Source: Octopus vulgaris (lineage: Eukaryota). Taken from it: a stretch of DNA of 64,000 nt. Each line of letters starts with the position of its first letter. Within the stretch, counting starts at the first letter, position 1. Position numbers and translations under genes: made by a program. This document shows positions 11,849-24,591 of the stretch, piece after piece. Where the stretch lies: positions 22,754,001-22,818,000 of the forward strand of contig OX597814.1 in the NCBI GenBank assembly GCA_951406725.2, given 5' to 3'. Under the pieces are notes generated by a model, which was not told the origin of the DNA, did not search any database, and saw only the letters and a program-made list of their open reading frames with translations.

Positions 11849-14450
11849 GAAATACTGCGACATTCTATGGACTTTGTTTACAAATCTCAGATTAGATTAG
11901 AAGATAGCAGAAACTTATAACTGATTCATTTAGATAAATTATTTACAAATATACACCCACACACTCACATACACCAAGTTATCGGTTTTCCCATGTATAT
12001 ATATGTATATCATTAAAACTAGGTTTTGTTAGCAATCTAAAGGTAGGATATCCAATTTTCTTTTCCATTTCATAAAGGATATACACCTAAGAAGTCTCTA
12101 TTCCATTTGTTTTATCAGAAAATTACTTTAACTGAAGGACTTCGTGAATTAGAAATATTTCGTCCCCAAATAAACAGGGAATTATTATTTGCATTTCTGG
12201 ATAATTGATATATATTCACAGAGTGTTGGATGCCATTGAGGTTCACCAAAAGAATCGAATTCCTTCTAACTTTAGTCAGGATTTCTTTCCAAATATTTGT
12301 TCTCGTGCCTCTTTTGCAGCTAATCTCACTTTATCATCTGCATTACCAATCGAGTTGCTTTCTTTACTTAGAATTGTAGGTAATGAAAATCAAATACGTT
12401 GTTCATTACAGGACTCAAACAGTTGATGCAACTTGAGAACTATATAATACATATAATATATATATGTATATATATATGTATATATATATATATATTTATG
12501 TATACATATATACATATATGTGTGTGTGTGTGTGTGGTGTGTGTATGTATGTATGTATGTATGTATGTATGTATGTATGTATGTATGTATGTATGTATGT
12601 ATGTATGTATGTATGTATGCATGTGTGTATGTATATGTAGTTATTCACACACACATGCACACCATGGAATAAATGATTGAGATTTTGAATGCGGTTTCTT
12701 TTAGCGATGTTCGATTGGAAATCAATATGGAGTGGCCGGTGTAAAGAGAAAGATTTCCCGAAACTACATTGCGTTAGATGATTTCACGCTGGTTCTAGAA
12801 TTTACCATCTATGATTTTTCAATGGAAAATTACTGGTCAAAATTCATGAACATGACTATGAAGGTATCGTATTATTTGGAGGACTATGCATAATATGATC
12901 TTTCTCTCTTTTATGAGTAAACATTGATCACTTGATAACATATTAATTTATAATTAATTTATCATATTCCAAATCATATGCTACGACGTATTACTATTTC
13001 TCCTATTATTTTTATAAAATAGGCATTTTTTTCTGTTACGGAAACGCTACATCGCTGAAAATTTAGTTTCAACATGGAATTCTGTAATGTAAAACCTATT
13101 TCCGTTGACTTGCATGTTACATGGAAATCAATGCGTATGGAATGCAATGAAAATTACGTTTCGCATTACAGAACAAAACGTTACAGGAAGATTTTCAGGA
13201 TCACTGTCTTTTGCGTAACGTGGAGCATATCTAAAATCTACAGATAGAATTTTCACTGCTTTATTCATAAAAAAAATATTTCACTGTCTCCGTACCTCAA
13301 GGTATGAATATCATGAACAAATTGTTTTTTTTTTAGATTCATAGATCCTTATATCAAACTACCATTCTTTTTTGTCTACTGATTTGCTACTAAACATATT
13401 TAGCTACCCAGCTCCGTCAAACTGAGGAAAATTTCAACGCTTAAATGATTCGATACATTATTCAAAGTTTAATCGTTTCAGACCTTACAATCTGTATGCA
13501 ATCATTTTTTGTGGTCTTTCAATTGAAACATTTACGTTACAACATTAGACAATGTATGAGTAAATACCAATGAGCTCATAAGAGAACATTTCTTCAACAA
13601 ACATTTCTTCCTATTTACAAAAATTTAAATAAAAACTTTTGGCATAAAGTCTTCTTCCAAATTATTTATTCAAATAAATCACTGGAGGAGAATATAAATT
13701 TCAAACTCATTTTTTTTTTAGAATAAAATTATCGAAAACTAGTTAAAGCTATTGAAAACATATAAAGCTTCTAACAATATGTGACAACTTGCAGAATGTC
13801 AACTTTAAATTCGAATGAAATCGATTAACTTAAGATTCGGAATATTTCTATCAAATAATAGTTTTTATTAGATTAATTTTCGGTTATCAAATAGTAAATA
13901 ATAACGAATCGAAACAAGCGCCCTTTATAATTATTCAAGTATTTATGAAAGTGGGTTATCAAATCTGTTGGAAGGAGTTAGTTGATTTAACACTCCAAGT
14001 ACTTTAACATTCCAAGTACTATATTCTATCGATCCCAGAAAGAAACAAAGCAAAAAATTAACGTAAGAATTTGAACTGTGAACGAATCGAATATATCGCA
14101 CATAACTCAAGATGATAAATATTAACCGTCTGTTAATTTTTGAAGGTTTTCACTGAATCAAACTTGTGAACATCGCAAAATCAATATTTAAACTTAAGTG
14201 CGAGCGTTCTAGCTAAAAAAATTATGCTTCAGATTAAATTTTGCTCTCGGTTGAATTAATGGTTTTTGAAAAAAAGGAAGCATAACTATTACAAATGCTT
14301 TTTTATGTCTCTTCTATTGTGTAGGACATTTTGGATTGACATATAAAGCCAAAATTTTAAACTTATGGTCCGATGGTCATAAATTCTTTGAGTTTGCTCA
14401 AGCTGCACTTTGAGTTGGACTTCCAACCACTAATATCTTTCATTGTAGCA
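11849..14450 (+). pseudogene. Candidate decayed multi-exon protein-coding gene, identity unknown
   Basis: Exon-like blocks ~11849-12379 (donor AG|GTAATG), 12705-12863 (ttttAG| .. AAG|GTATCG), 13337-13493 (tttttAG| .. |GTATGC) and 14325 onward (strong polypyrimidine GTAG|), AATAAA near 14536. Translations are protein-like but carry several in-frame stops. Confidence 0.45.
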
Positions 14451-15289
14451 TAAATGCTGAACTGTCTTATTCGTATTTCTTTATAGATTTGAAGTATTAT
14501 GCCTATATACAAAATCAATATGCATAGTAGAGTATAATAAATAAACTACCATTAGTCGGATCAATGAGATGGTTTCTAATCAAGCATTTTCACTTCACCA
14601 TTATTGCCTTTGGAAAATATATGAACGTCACCTCTTCCATTTTCTACATTTTGAAATATGGCTAAAAAGAATTTATGACTAGTTAAATGAAGCCAGATTA
14701 TATTTTAGTAACTTCTTCTTAAGTGGTCTTTTCAATTAATTTGGTTGTTGTGGATTCTCATTTGTAGCGATACTTTTTTCATATCTAGTTTACACTATAT
14801 TTAAAAGGTTCCTTTTTTTCTTTTTAATGTATAATAAATACTACTAATATTAAACAGCAGAACTATATAAAATAAACTCATAACTATTTTTTCCCACGGG
14901 CCCTGAAGATAAAGGGGAAAACGGTAACATTTTAAAGATCATTATTAAATAAGTTATTGACATTTGATTGAAGGGATATAGCGGTAAGCTGCAGATATTT
15001 GCGAAGTCAAATGAATGATTACAAAGGATTAAGTCGTGTTCATCGTTAAGCAAGTTTACTTTTGTAAAAAGAAAATAGAAAAACTTCATTGATTCGAAAT
15101 TTTGTTGCAAAAAATTGATGGGTGATTTCTATAAGCGATTCGTATAAAATCTAAATTACACACAATATTCACCTAGTGTATGAGATTCAGACTGATTTAT
15201 CTGACACAAAGGTTATATACTTTGCTGAATCAGAATAATAAGAAAAATAAAATAAAAAGGAGCTGTAGGGATAAATTCATATCTTTTAT

Positions 15290-15490
15290 ATTTTACTTGC
15301 TTCAGTCATTCGATTGCAGTCATGCTAGGGCACCGTCATGAACGGTTTAGCAGAACAATTCAACCCCAGTACTTATGCTTTTAAAGTCTGGTACTCATTC
15401 GCTTTTTTTGTCGAACCGCTAATTTACGAGAACGTAACCAGACCAATACCGATTGTCAAACACAACGTAAGCACAAAGACACACAGATAC
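15290..15490 (-). mobile_element. SINE family A, degenerate 3' half
   Basis: ttttacttgcttcagtcattcgattgcagtcatgctagggcaccg matches the family A tail. Confidence 0.75.
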
Positions 15491-16062
15491 ATACATACAT
15501 ACGTACATACATACATACATACATACATACATTACATACATACATGCATGCTTGTATGTGTGTATTTATTATGTATATAAATAACTAGTGGCAACAGAAG
15601 CAGTATCAATACCAAAAGGTAATCTTTATCTCTAACTTAACGTGGAGTTTGTGTTAGAACACAGAATTGTGCGTTATTTACCTGGAGAGGATCTCTCATA
15701 AGGCCTCCTGGTGCACATTTGCGAGACGGCAGCTTGAATAGACGCTGATATTCTGCATATCGTTGACAAGAGTTTCGGCTGTTATGCCACTGCTGGGCAT
15801 CTGTCACTAAGGAACACATAGCAGAGTGAAATTACGTGATCTTGTGATTCTGGTGGCAGACACTTCTGCGTCTGTCTATGATATAATTACGAGTGCCTTT
15901 ACGCACCACATACTTATATGTGTGCATGTGTGTGTATGTGTGTGTGTGTATGTTTGTGTGTGTGTAAATACATATACACACAAACTAGTATTCAAAATAT
16001 AGATCCACATGTTTTTAAAGTTATTTAGAAATTTAGCTCTGTATTTAGATGGACTAAGGGAC

Positions 16063-17483
16063 ATACTATATTGTAAATGGGTATTTCATGAATACTTTGA
16101 ATTGTAAATCTTGTATTTTTATTATCACATTACAACACCTGATTTTCCAATTTTCCCTAGCATATCAACACTTCAAAATTATAAAGCCACTAATACATTT
16201 TCATTTCTTCCCAGATTATTTTGGAAAATATTGAACTCTGTCTTAATCTCCGTAATCCAGATTACATTTCGAGTATGCCTAAAGCTACAAAGCTTTGTGA
16301 AATTGAGCAAGAGAAAATTCTTGCACTGAAAGCAGAAGGAATGAGTAACCAGAAGATTGCAGAGAAGATTCGGCGAAGCAGAATGCCAGTAGACAATTTT
16401 CTGAAAGATCCTAACAGCTACAACCGGGTTCATGCTGGTGGACGTTCCAAGGCTACATCAGCGGGCCACGGTGAAGAAGTCACGATGCTCCTCTGTTTCC
16501 AAAAGTAAGGCATCAGCGGTAGTAGGAGCCTCAACATACAACGTAAGAAGAGTGATTTTGAACCATGGTTTCCACCTGAAGAAGCACCTAGGGCGTCCGT
16601 TATTGTCTCCTTTCCACAAAGCTGTTAGACTGGAGTAAACTTGGCAGCATCAGACGTGGGGTGGTAAATAGACTAGGGTTCTATTCTCTGACGAGGAAAA
16701 ATGGAATTTGGACATCACTCAGTAGTTATAAATATTACTGGGAAGATAAACGTATACAAAATTCTACTTATTCCAAGTAGTAGAACAGCAGAGGAAATCT
16801 TATGGTGTGAGAAGCAATATCTGCCAAAGCCGCACGATACATCAATATGTTGGACAGGTCTCTCATTAACGAGAGAGGAAGAAGGCTCTATGGCGAGAAC
16901 TTTATATTTCAACTGGACAATACTCCTATTCATGAAACAAAGGCAACTTTGGATTACCTCCATACAATTGGAATTGAATCCATGCTATGGCCAGCAAGAA
17001 GTTCCTACCTTTATCTTATGGAGAATGCCTGGGAATATCTCATGAATATTGTGTACAGCAAAGGCAAGCAGTTGATGTACTTGAAACGACAATAAAGAAG
17101 GCCTGGGAAGAGCTTCCACTTCATCTGCTGCAGTAGTTGATTGGGAGCATGAAATCGCGTGTCTTTCAAGTAATTCAGGAAGGTGGTGGTCAACCACACT
17201 ATTGCTGATGTATTGTATGAAAATATCACTGAAATATATCATAATTTCCCTGTTTTGTACCATTTTTGCACCATTATTCAATCTGGCATTATAGTTTTGA
17301 ACAGGGGGTTTCTAGCTCTGTATGCTTTTTGGAATTTTTGGCTTTCAATAATTTTGGATGTTACAATGCTTTCTTCTATTCCATTTCCTATCTACAGGTG
17401 AGTTTCATGAATTTGTGTAGCATAGTTTGCCAGAAAAAAAAAACACAGACAGTGATCTGGCTTTATAGTTTTGAAGAGCAGTT
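16063..17483 (+). mobile_element. Decayed Tc1/Tc3-like transposon
   Basis: Repeated end motif ttcaaaattataaagcc (~16172) and ggc(a/t)ttatagttttgaa (~17285, ~17459); right end followed by TA; left boundary approximate. Confidence 0.75.
16275..17208 (+). pseudogene. Tc3-like transposase pseudogene
   Basis: MPKATKLCEIEQEKILALKAEGMSNQKIAEKIRRS (HTH), VLFSDEEKWNLD, FQLDNTPIH, WPARSSYLYLMENAW; multiple frameshifts and stops. Confidence 0.88.
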
Positions 17484-17894
17484 TACATATATATGTATAT
17501 ATATATATATATATATACAAATACGACAGTCTTCCCCAGCTTCCTTTCATCAAATCTAATCACTAGCCGTTGGGGCTATAGTAGAAGATATTTGACAAGT
17601 GTGCCACACTGTGGGACTGAATTCAAAACTACAGACACCTGCGCTATTGTTAAGAATATTTAATTTCAAATAAAAATGATTAAACTGCAGACAACTTATT
17701 GAAATAGAATTTAAAACGTTCAATGAACGTTGAGAATGAATTGAAAAGTGAATTTCTTGAAGAGTAATACATTTTCCCTTCAGTGAAGAAATAATTATTT
17801 TCATCTAAAGACAGATTTGTGAGCATTATTTCGAAGTGTTCTATAAATCTATTCAAATAAATGGAAGAATAACAAGTGAATCGATTTCTTATAT

Positions 17895-19005
17895 AAGCCC
17901 AAAGCCTCATTTTAAGGAAAATTATAATCGACTTATGTCGAATACAGTACTTGACTAGTACTTCATTTTATTCTGCCTAGAAGGAAAAAAAGATAACGTT
18001 CAGATTGGCCTGATCTGAACTCAGAACGTAAAGAACAGTAACTAAATTGCTGCAATGCATTTTGGCCGAAGCTCTAGCAATTCTGCCAATCGTTTGTTCT
18101 TTGCCAACACTGTATGAAATAATATCAGATATAATTTTACTTAAATTGGATTTTATGTCTCATATACTTTCGTATTTTTGGAGCCGATTCAATAATGTTA
18201 GCGCGGATCCTAAATATCTAAATAATGAATATTTTATAATGCGTCAAATAATACCACGAGGAAGTGAAATATTTTTGCCATGCTTTTCTAATTGAAGGAT
18301 CGTATGATAAATCATATGATTTTTACATACACTGCTGAATAAATTCATTTATATATATTCTGATATTTGAATATTTAATGTTGTTTCCTCATATGAGATA
18401 TCATGGTAGGTTTTAGATTGCTTCTTGTTTATTTTTAAAATAAATCTTTGGAGACAAAGCAGTTTGGATGCATTTCTGTATCTAATACAGCTTTTAACTG
18501 TGGTGAATTCAAATCCTGCCAGAATATATTTGCCTTCGTATTGCATCGAATAAATAAGTACCCATAAAATGCTGGTATCGATTTAATCGTCTACTATAGT
18601 GCACAAAAGATTTAATCGTTTACTAAGTGCCAACCAAATAAATATTTACTTCTAAACGCTACGTTTTCTCGTCTCTTTATATGCTCAATTAATATTGATT
18701 TATTTTTACTCTGCTCAAAGCTAGATTTCCTCGGAAAGATGATATTAGTCTTTAGATTGCTTCCTATTTATTTTTAAAATAAATCTTTGGAAAGAGCCAC
18801 AAAAGTTCGAGTGCATCTCTGTATTTTATACAGAAGCTAACTTCGTAAGGTATCGAATAAATGGAAATGATTCATTATATTACTGGGGCTGCTTTTATTA
18901 ACCCAGATAAAGAAAAATACGGAGTAGGATTTCAATTGAAGATATAGTGATGAAATACCGTAAAGAATGCTGACCGATACTGCTATTTTTGACAACTCGC
19001 TGCCT
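17895..19005. mobile_element. Three old degenerate SINE family B copies (~17895-18100 minus, ~18450-18600 plus, ~18850-19005 minus)
   Basis: Residual motifs tgaactcagaacgtaaag, gaattcaaatcctgcc..taagtacc, actcgctgcctt. Confidence 0.5.
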
Positions 19006-19299
19006 TTATATTCCCTTCGTATTGACAAACTCAGATATACAAAACTAACACTATTTAATCTGAAACGAGGCTGTTAGGTATTTCTGAACGATAAAAAGGC
19101 ATAAACTTGCATATGGTTTGGATTCCCCACGCATTCAATAGAATGCATATAATGCATTTGATTATCCTATATTAATTGTTATTCCCCAATTCTTCAGTAA
19201 ATCTACAAAACGGGAAAATTTACACCTTCATGATAACGATAATCCGAAGGTGAAAAGAGAATTAAGTTTATATTGTTTACCTCTCTCTACTTCGGCAAC

Positions 19300-20050
19300 A
19301 GCTCCGGCGTAAATATTTCTTCTGCTTTCCCCAACAATTCTCATTGGTGTTCTTTTCAAGTCATTCTCAGATTAACTTCAACAGCTAAAGTATCTGCTTG
19401 AATATCACTCTGTCAGATGAAATGTCCACAATTTGTGGATACTTGACTGAATAATGTATTATTCAGGTAGCAGAACATAATACATTATCTTCTTATTCTA
19501 CATCAGTGAATTTATAGTATTAGCAGAACCCTTGTGATGCATTTAATCACAAAAGGAACATTGTGTACACACGAAACGATTGTCCTTTCTCTTTCGCAAT
19601 AAATGACTCAACTGTCTTCCCAGATAATCCATGTTAAAATCGATTTGTTTTTCTTATATCGCAACTGGTAGTCAACCATTTTCCTTTGCAGTTTCAAAAT
19701 TTTTGGCAATAAAGAACGAGATACTTCTGCCTGTTGAACTCTTACATCCATAATCCTATTAACACATTCTTTTGCTCTCTGTAGCAGAGAAAAATCCTTT
19801 TAATAGTTTTATATTTTTAAGGTTAGCCTTTTCCTCAGTCATATCACTTTCTTCAAAGAGTATGTTCCCTAACGCTATATTAAGTTTTAAAAATATAACA
19901 AATTTGTTACATTCTCTTAATCTTTACAGCGTGCTCCAGTTACTGGTAGTTTTTCCGTTATATATTCATCCACAATATTGTAGTATTTAGCAATGTTTTC
20001 TCAAAAATACCTTCGGTATCTCCCACTCATCAACAAGTAAACTGATGCAT
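19300..20050 (-). mobile_element. Possible highly decayed rve-type (Ginger/Gypsy-like) integrase remnant
   Basis: Minus peptides in the expected order: LR..TLL....PVTGARC, ESDMTEEKANLKNIKLL (cf. QS.G.VER.N..I..L), KSSTGRS (cf. H.STG.SP); heavily disrupted. Confidence 0.3.
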
Positions 20051-20647
20051 TCTACTACATGGGAGTTACAAACCCCCATCCCAAAGTAAATCTAATTAAA
20101 ATCTTTCTGTGCTGAAATAGGATTCCTCACCCAGTTTAATTCCTTACTCAGATTTTCACAATTTTGTATTTAAACAGTTATTTTATTATATAAAGAAGCA
20201 CAAAGTTGAAGAAATCTGAATTATCATAAAAGAGTGAAAGACTGCTATTGTAGACCTGTTAGATAACTTAGAGAAAACCCAACTAAAAATAAATTTATAT
20301 CGATAATAATATCAAAGTATTGACAACAACAGTTTCTAAACTTCTCTAACTTCAGTTTCATACAATAAACGTTATGCATCAGTAATGGTATAGAAGGAAT
20401 GTAGTTTAGTTAGTTTCTGACGCAATAACATACATCTGAAATTTATTAATTTTCGTGAATCAATGATAGTGATTGGTAGTTTCGTTCAGGAGAACTAGTT
20501 AGTGCCACTTAGTATTTTTAAGTAATATATTCCTCAGTTTTTCGTATGAGCACAATTGAGCTTACGACTTAATCCGTAAAGTTCATATGCCTTGTCGTAG
20601 AAAGATAGCCAGAAGAAAATGACTATAACTATTTTAAAATTATTTTA

Positions 20648-20795
20648 TCTATTATATAATATCCGTTCTGTCTGTGTGTGCGTGTCTTCTAGGATCTCGG
20701 GTATCCTCCATCCGATTGCGCTCAAATTTGATATGTAGATACCGACGGTATCAGGGCGTGTATAAGTCTTGAAAAAATTACAAAAATCGATTCCA
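20648..20795 (+). mobile_element. Non-autonomous Helitron-like (DINE-1/Lep1-type) 5' fragment
   Basis: A^TCTATTATATAAT start, short (GT)/(GTCT) tract, then atctcgg..ccgattgcgctcaaatttg, typical of this class. Confidence 0.5.
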
Positions 20796-22032
20796 AGTGA
20801 TACAGTCGTTTTTGTCCTGCTTTTCTTCAATCAACCTGTACATAACTGCACCTTTCATCTTTTGTTGTTTTGTACTGCTTAAAGGTACGTTTCTTTCCTG
20901 CCAAGCTTACTGTTTAAACCATGTTTGTGCTCTCCCAGTCAACAGCCTTATCATTACTGGTACTTAAACTCTTCAGTTGCATATTTGAGTGAATAAAATC
21001 GTTTTTCTTTGGAATAGGAAAAAAGTCTATCTTTATTTCTTCTTTCGTTGATGTCTCAAATTTAGGTTAAATCAGTGTTTCTCAAAGGGGAGGCCTATGA
21101 GACGGTCGGACAAGTTGTTCTGAGAAAATTTGGTTTAAGTGTTTGACAACTCAGCATCGTCCATTGGACGGGGGGGGGGTTGCTCGTCAAAAATAATTGA
21201 AATATAAAAGACATGTAAAGAATCTATATATAAATTTTACGGTAATCGACAGAACTCTATATTTTTGCAACACAGCGCGAGAATTTCTGAGTCAAATTAT
21301 AGACAATTACTTTGTAATCTACGGCTGTTTTATATTTTAGAAAGCAACATCCAAATATCAGTGGGCCACTTGAAATACTAAAGTATTTTAAGCACTTTCT
21401 ATGGAATATGCACAGTTATATTACTATATGGTGAAAAACTATTAAATAGACTGCAATAATTTTCGTTTTTTATGCCAATCGATAAACATAATTATAAAAA
21501 ATACTGATATAAACGCATCTAAACACACATGCGCACATACACTCCCATACACACAAACGAACAGATATGTGTTCAGGACAGTCAGATGCGCAAAGCAGGG
21601 CCATTACGCTTTTCTGGGCCTCCGATACTATTGGGGGAATGGAATTTCTCCATCTGGGAACCTGACTAGAATGCTTGCAACAGAGTAGATCTCGCTGGAG
21701 CCAGCTAACGGCCAAGAGGTGCTTATAAACTGGACGACGAATTAAGTATACTACCTCAACACAAGGATAGTCCCTCCAATTTGTTTCAACACACACAATT
21801 TCCATCTACTATATTCCATTGGCAAGATTTTAGTTAAATCGAGGTTATAGTACCAGGTTGAATCAAAACTTTATTTCAAATTATCACTGGTGATATTTAG
21901 TAACTGGTTTCTCCATGTTATATCATTACTTTCACACAATTTGTTGTCAAATCGTTAGTGGATTGTTTATTGTTTATTTGGTAAATAGCATCTAAATATC
22001 ATTTGTGTATTCGTTACTTTACAGCTTTAATA

Positions 22033-22810
22033 ATGAGTAGTGAAAACATTGAAGTTAGAGCCATTTTATGCTACATTTGGAATAAAGGAGCCAGAGTGCA
22101 AGGGCAGCGGTAAAAGAAATTAATGATGTGGCGCAAAACTGGTCAAGACGTTTCATTGAAGGTGACACCAGACTCGGAAATAAACTAAGGTTAAGGAGAG
22201 TAGCTGTTTAGAGTCTTGTTTGAAATGGTTGATCAACAACCAAGCACAAGCACTCGTACGTCGTCGGCAGAATTTAGCTCTTCACAATGGCCCATCAATC
22301 AACAACGGCCTTGGGAAAAGATGTCAAGAAGCTCCACACGAAATTACCAATGACTAAGCACAACAATGTGTGAACGTGCATAAACAACTGGTGGTAAATC
22401 TTCGAAATATCTCATTTTTGGTACCGGACTGTAATTGTGGAGAAAATAGACCTATTTTCATAATTCAAACACGAGAAATCTGTAGCTTCATTAGGAGCAG
22501 CTTTCAGAATCTATTGATAAACAAGGGCTGTTTGAACAGAAAGTCATATTTTGTGCGTGGGGTAATTTTGAAGAGGTGTTACACTTTGCGCTGGTTCCAG
22601 ATGGTCATGTTGTGAGCGCTAACATTTATACTGAACAACCGTAGCGTGTTTAGGATCTTCGAAAGCCCGCTACCCGGCACTGGTCAATCAAAGACACGCA
22701 TGACAATGCCCCAGTATACTCTGCCAAAGTGATAAAGCACAAACTTGAGGAGAGACAGGAATTGTTGCCTCTTCTTGCCTACAGCCCAGACTTTGCACCG
22801 CCAAATTACC
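22033..22810 (+). pseudogene. Mariner (DD34D) transposase pseudogene
   Basis: MSSENIEVRAILCYIWNKG, AQNWSRRFIEGDTRL, HDNAP, YSPDFAPPNY; many indels. Confidence 0.85.
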
Positions 22811-22847
22811 ATATATATATATATCTGTGTGTGTGTGTGTGTGTGCG

Positions 22848-23053
22848 TGTGTGTGTTTGTGCGTTTGTCCCTCTCACCACCGTCTAACGGTGAATGGATA
22901 CAACGTCTTAGATACATATATGCACATATAACCTTACTTATAATTATATATGTATTACTAAGGTTATATGTGCATATATATATATATATCTAAGACGTTG
23001 AATCCATTCACCGTTAGACGGTGGTGAGAGGGACAAACGCGCAAACACACACA
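22848..23053. repeat. Fold-back inverted repeat, ~90-bp arms, 22-nt spacer
   Basis: gtttgtccctctcaccaccgtctaacggtgaatggatacaacgtcttaga..acctta is mirrored by taaggt..tctaagacgttgaatccattcaccgttagacggtggtgagagggacaaac. Confidence 0.95.
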
Positions 23054-23159
23054 TATGTATATATATGTGTGTCTATATACATCTATATGTGTATACAACC
23101 TTCAACAAAGTAACAGTCATATATACAACTTGAACAGACAGATATCATTACATAAACAT

Positions 23160-23487
23160 ACGTTCACATATGCATACACATGTACACACACAGAGACACG
23201 TCTACACTCTTACCTAAATACTCACGTACATACATGAACATACTTATATACATACATGCGTATAAGCATGCACACATGCATACGCATGTACACATATGCG
23301 TACGCACATACATGTACACACACATACATGCATACGCACATACATACATACACACATACATACATACATACATACGTACGTACGTACGTACGTACATACA
23401 TACATACATACATACATACATACATACATACATACATACATACATACATACATACATACATACATACATACATACGTACATATATAT
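23160..23487. repeat. (TACA)n/(CA)n microsatellite
   Basis: Direct reading. Confidence 0.92.
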
Positions 23488-23794
23488 TATGAACTAACTG
23501 TTACTTTCTCAGATGCAGCACGGAATTTTGTCAGTGAACAGGTCGCGGTCACCTGAATATAACATGAAGAACTTTATACATAATAGATTTCGGTTGAGCG
23601 TTCTGTATCTAGTTCTGGAAATTGTGTTTTGTAAACGACAGACTATGCTGATGATCTTGCAGATATTTGCGTGTCCATGTATGTAAATATTAACAAGTGA
23701 AGCTAATGGTGCGTAGGTAATCGTTTATTATTTCGTATATTTTCATTTGTCTTGTTTATATTTACATTTTGGCTTTTTGCTGAGATTTTTCTTG

Positions 23795-24000
23795 AGAACA
23801 CATTTCTCTGACCGGGTTGCGGATCCGTGGAATAAGCTGCCGGACGGGATGGTGAAGATGCCGACGACCGGTCGGTTCAAAATCTCCCTTGACCACAAGT
23901 GGCCTGAACTCTTTACATGAACACCACTCTGTACATAACTCCATGTCCCCATACATGGCCTTGCTTTTTTGCTTTTTGAGCCAAAAAATTGACTAACTAA
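23795..24000 (+). mobile_element. CR1-type LINE 3' end
   Basis: FSDRVADPWNKLPDGMVKMPTTGRFKISLDHKW matches the CR1/L2 ORF2 C-terminus (FS.RV...WN.LP..V......FK..LD); short 3'UTR and (CTAA)n tail. Confidence 0.82.
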
Positions 24001-24082
24001 AAAAACATATTTCACATTGCATGCAAATTTCCATGATAATTAAAAAAAACTGGATTTATGACGATTTATAACAGCGAAAAGT

Positions 24083-24170
24083 GGAGGCGCAATGGCCCAG
24101 TGGTTAGGGCAGCGGACTCGCGGTCGTAGGATCGCGGTTTCGATTCCCAGACCGGGCGTTGTGAGTGTTT
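24083..24170 (+). mobile_element. SINE family C tRNA-derived head, 3'-truncated
   Basis: A box TGGCCCAGTGG, B box GTTTCGATTCC; continues into gttgtgagtgtttat as in the copy at 47147-47560. Confidence 0.8.
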
Positions 24171-24591
24171 ATATACATATTAATGGCATAGTTATTCGAA
24201 TTAAATAAATTATTACTAAATCATTTTTGTTTGATTAGTTGTAAATTTATAAAAGTTATTCATAGATCGAATTATTGCGTAATGATGACAGTTTTTGTAC
24301 AATTGTTTTGTTAAAACTGAGTATACGTAATTTAACCAAATTAATTTTTAATATATCTTAATTTCGATGAACTAAACTAATTTCTTGTGATAAAAGGATG
24401 CCACAGAATTTACAACATATAGTGATTCCAATATGTTTGAGCAACAATGCTTGTCCCATACTTTTTAATGTTGTGTTAAGACATTCTATAACCCTTTTAA
24501 GCGTGCGCATTTTCCAATTCCACTTTCGTACATTTTAAGGCAACGCTTGTAATATTTTATATATGTACCGTATTTTTCTTAGTGGTGTGAC

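Noticed and set aside
12276-12440. Minus-strand peptide LKLHQLFESCNEQRI*FSLP..DDKVRLAAKEAREQIFGKKS* with an in-frame TGA (selenoprotein or readthrough idea)
   Set aside because: Matches no selenoprotein motif I know and no SECIS was recognised; the plus-strand splice signals explain the region better
24083-24158. tRNA gene
   Set aside because: A and B boxes are present but there is no proper acceptor stem or terminator, and the sequence continues as the SINE C body
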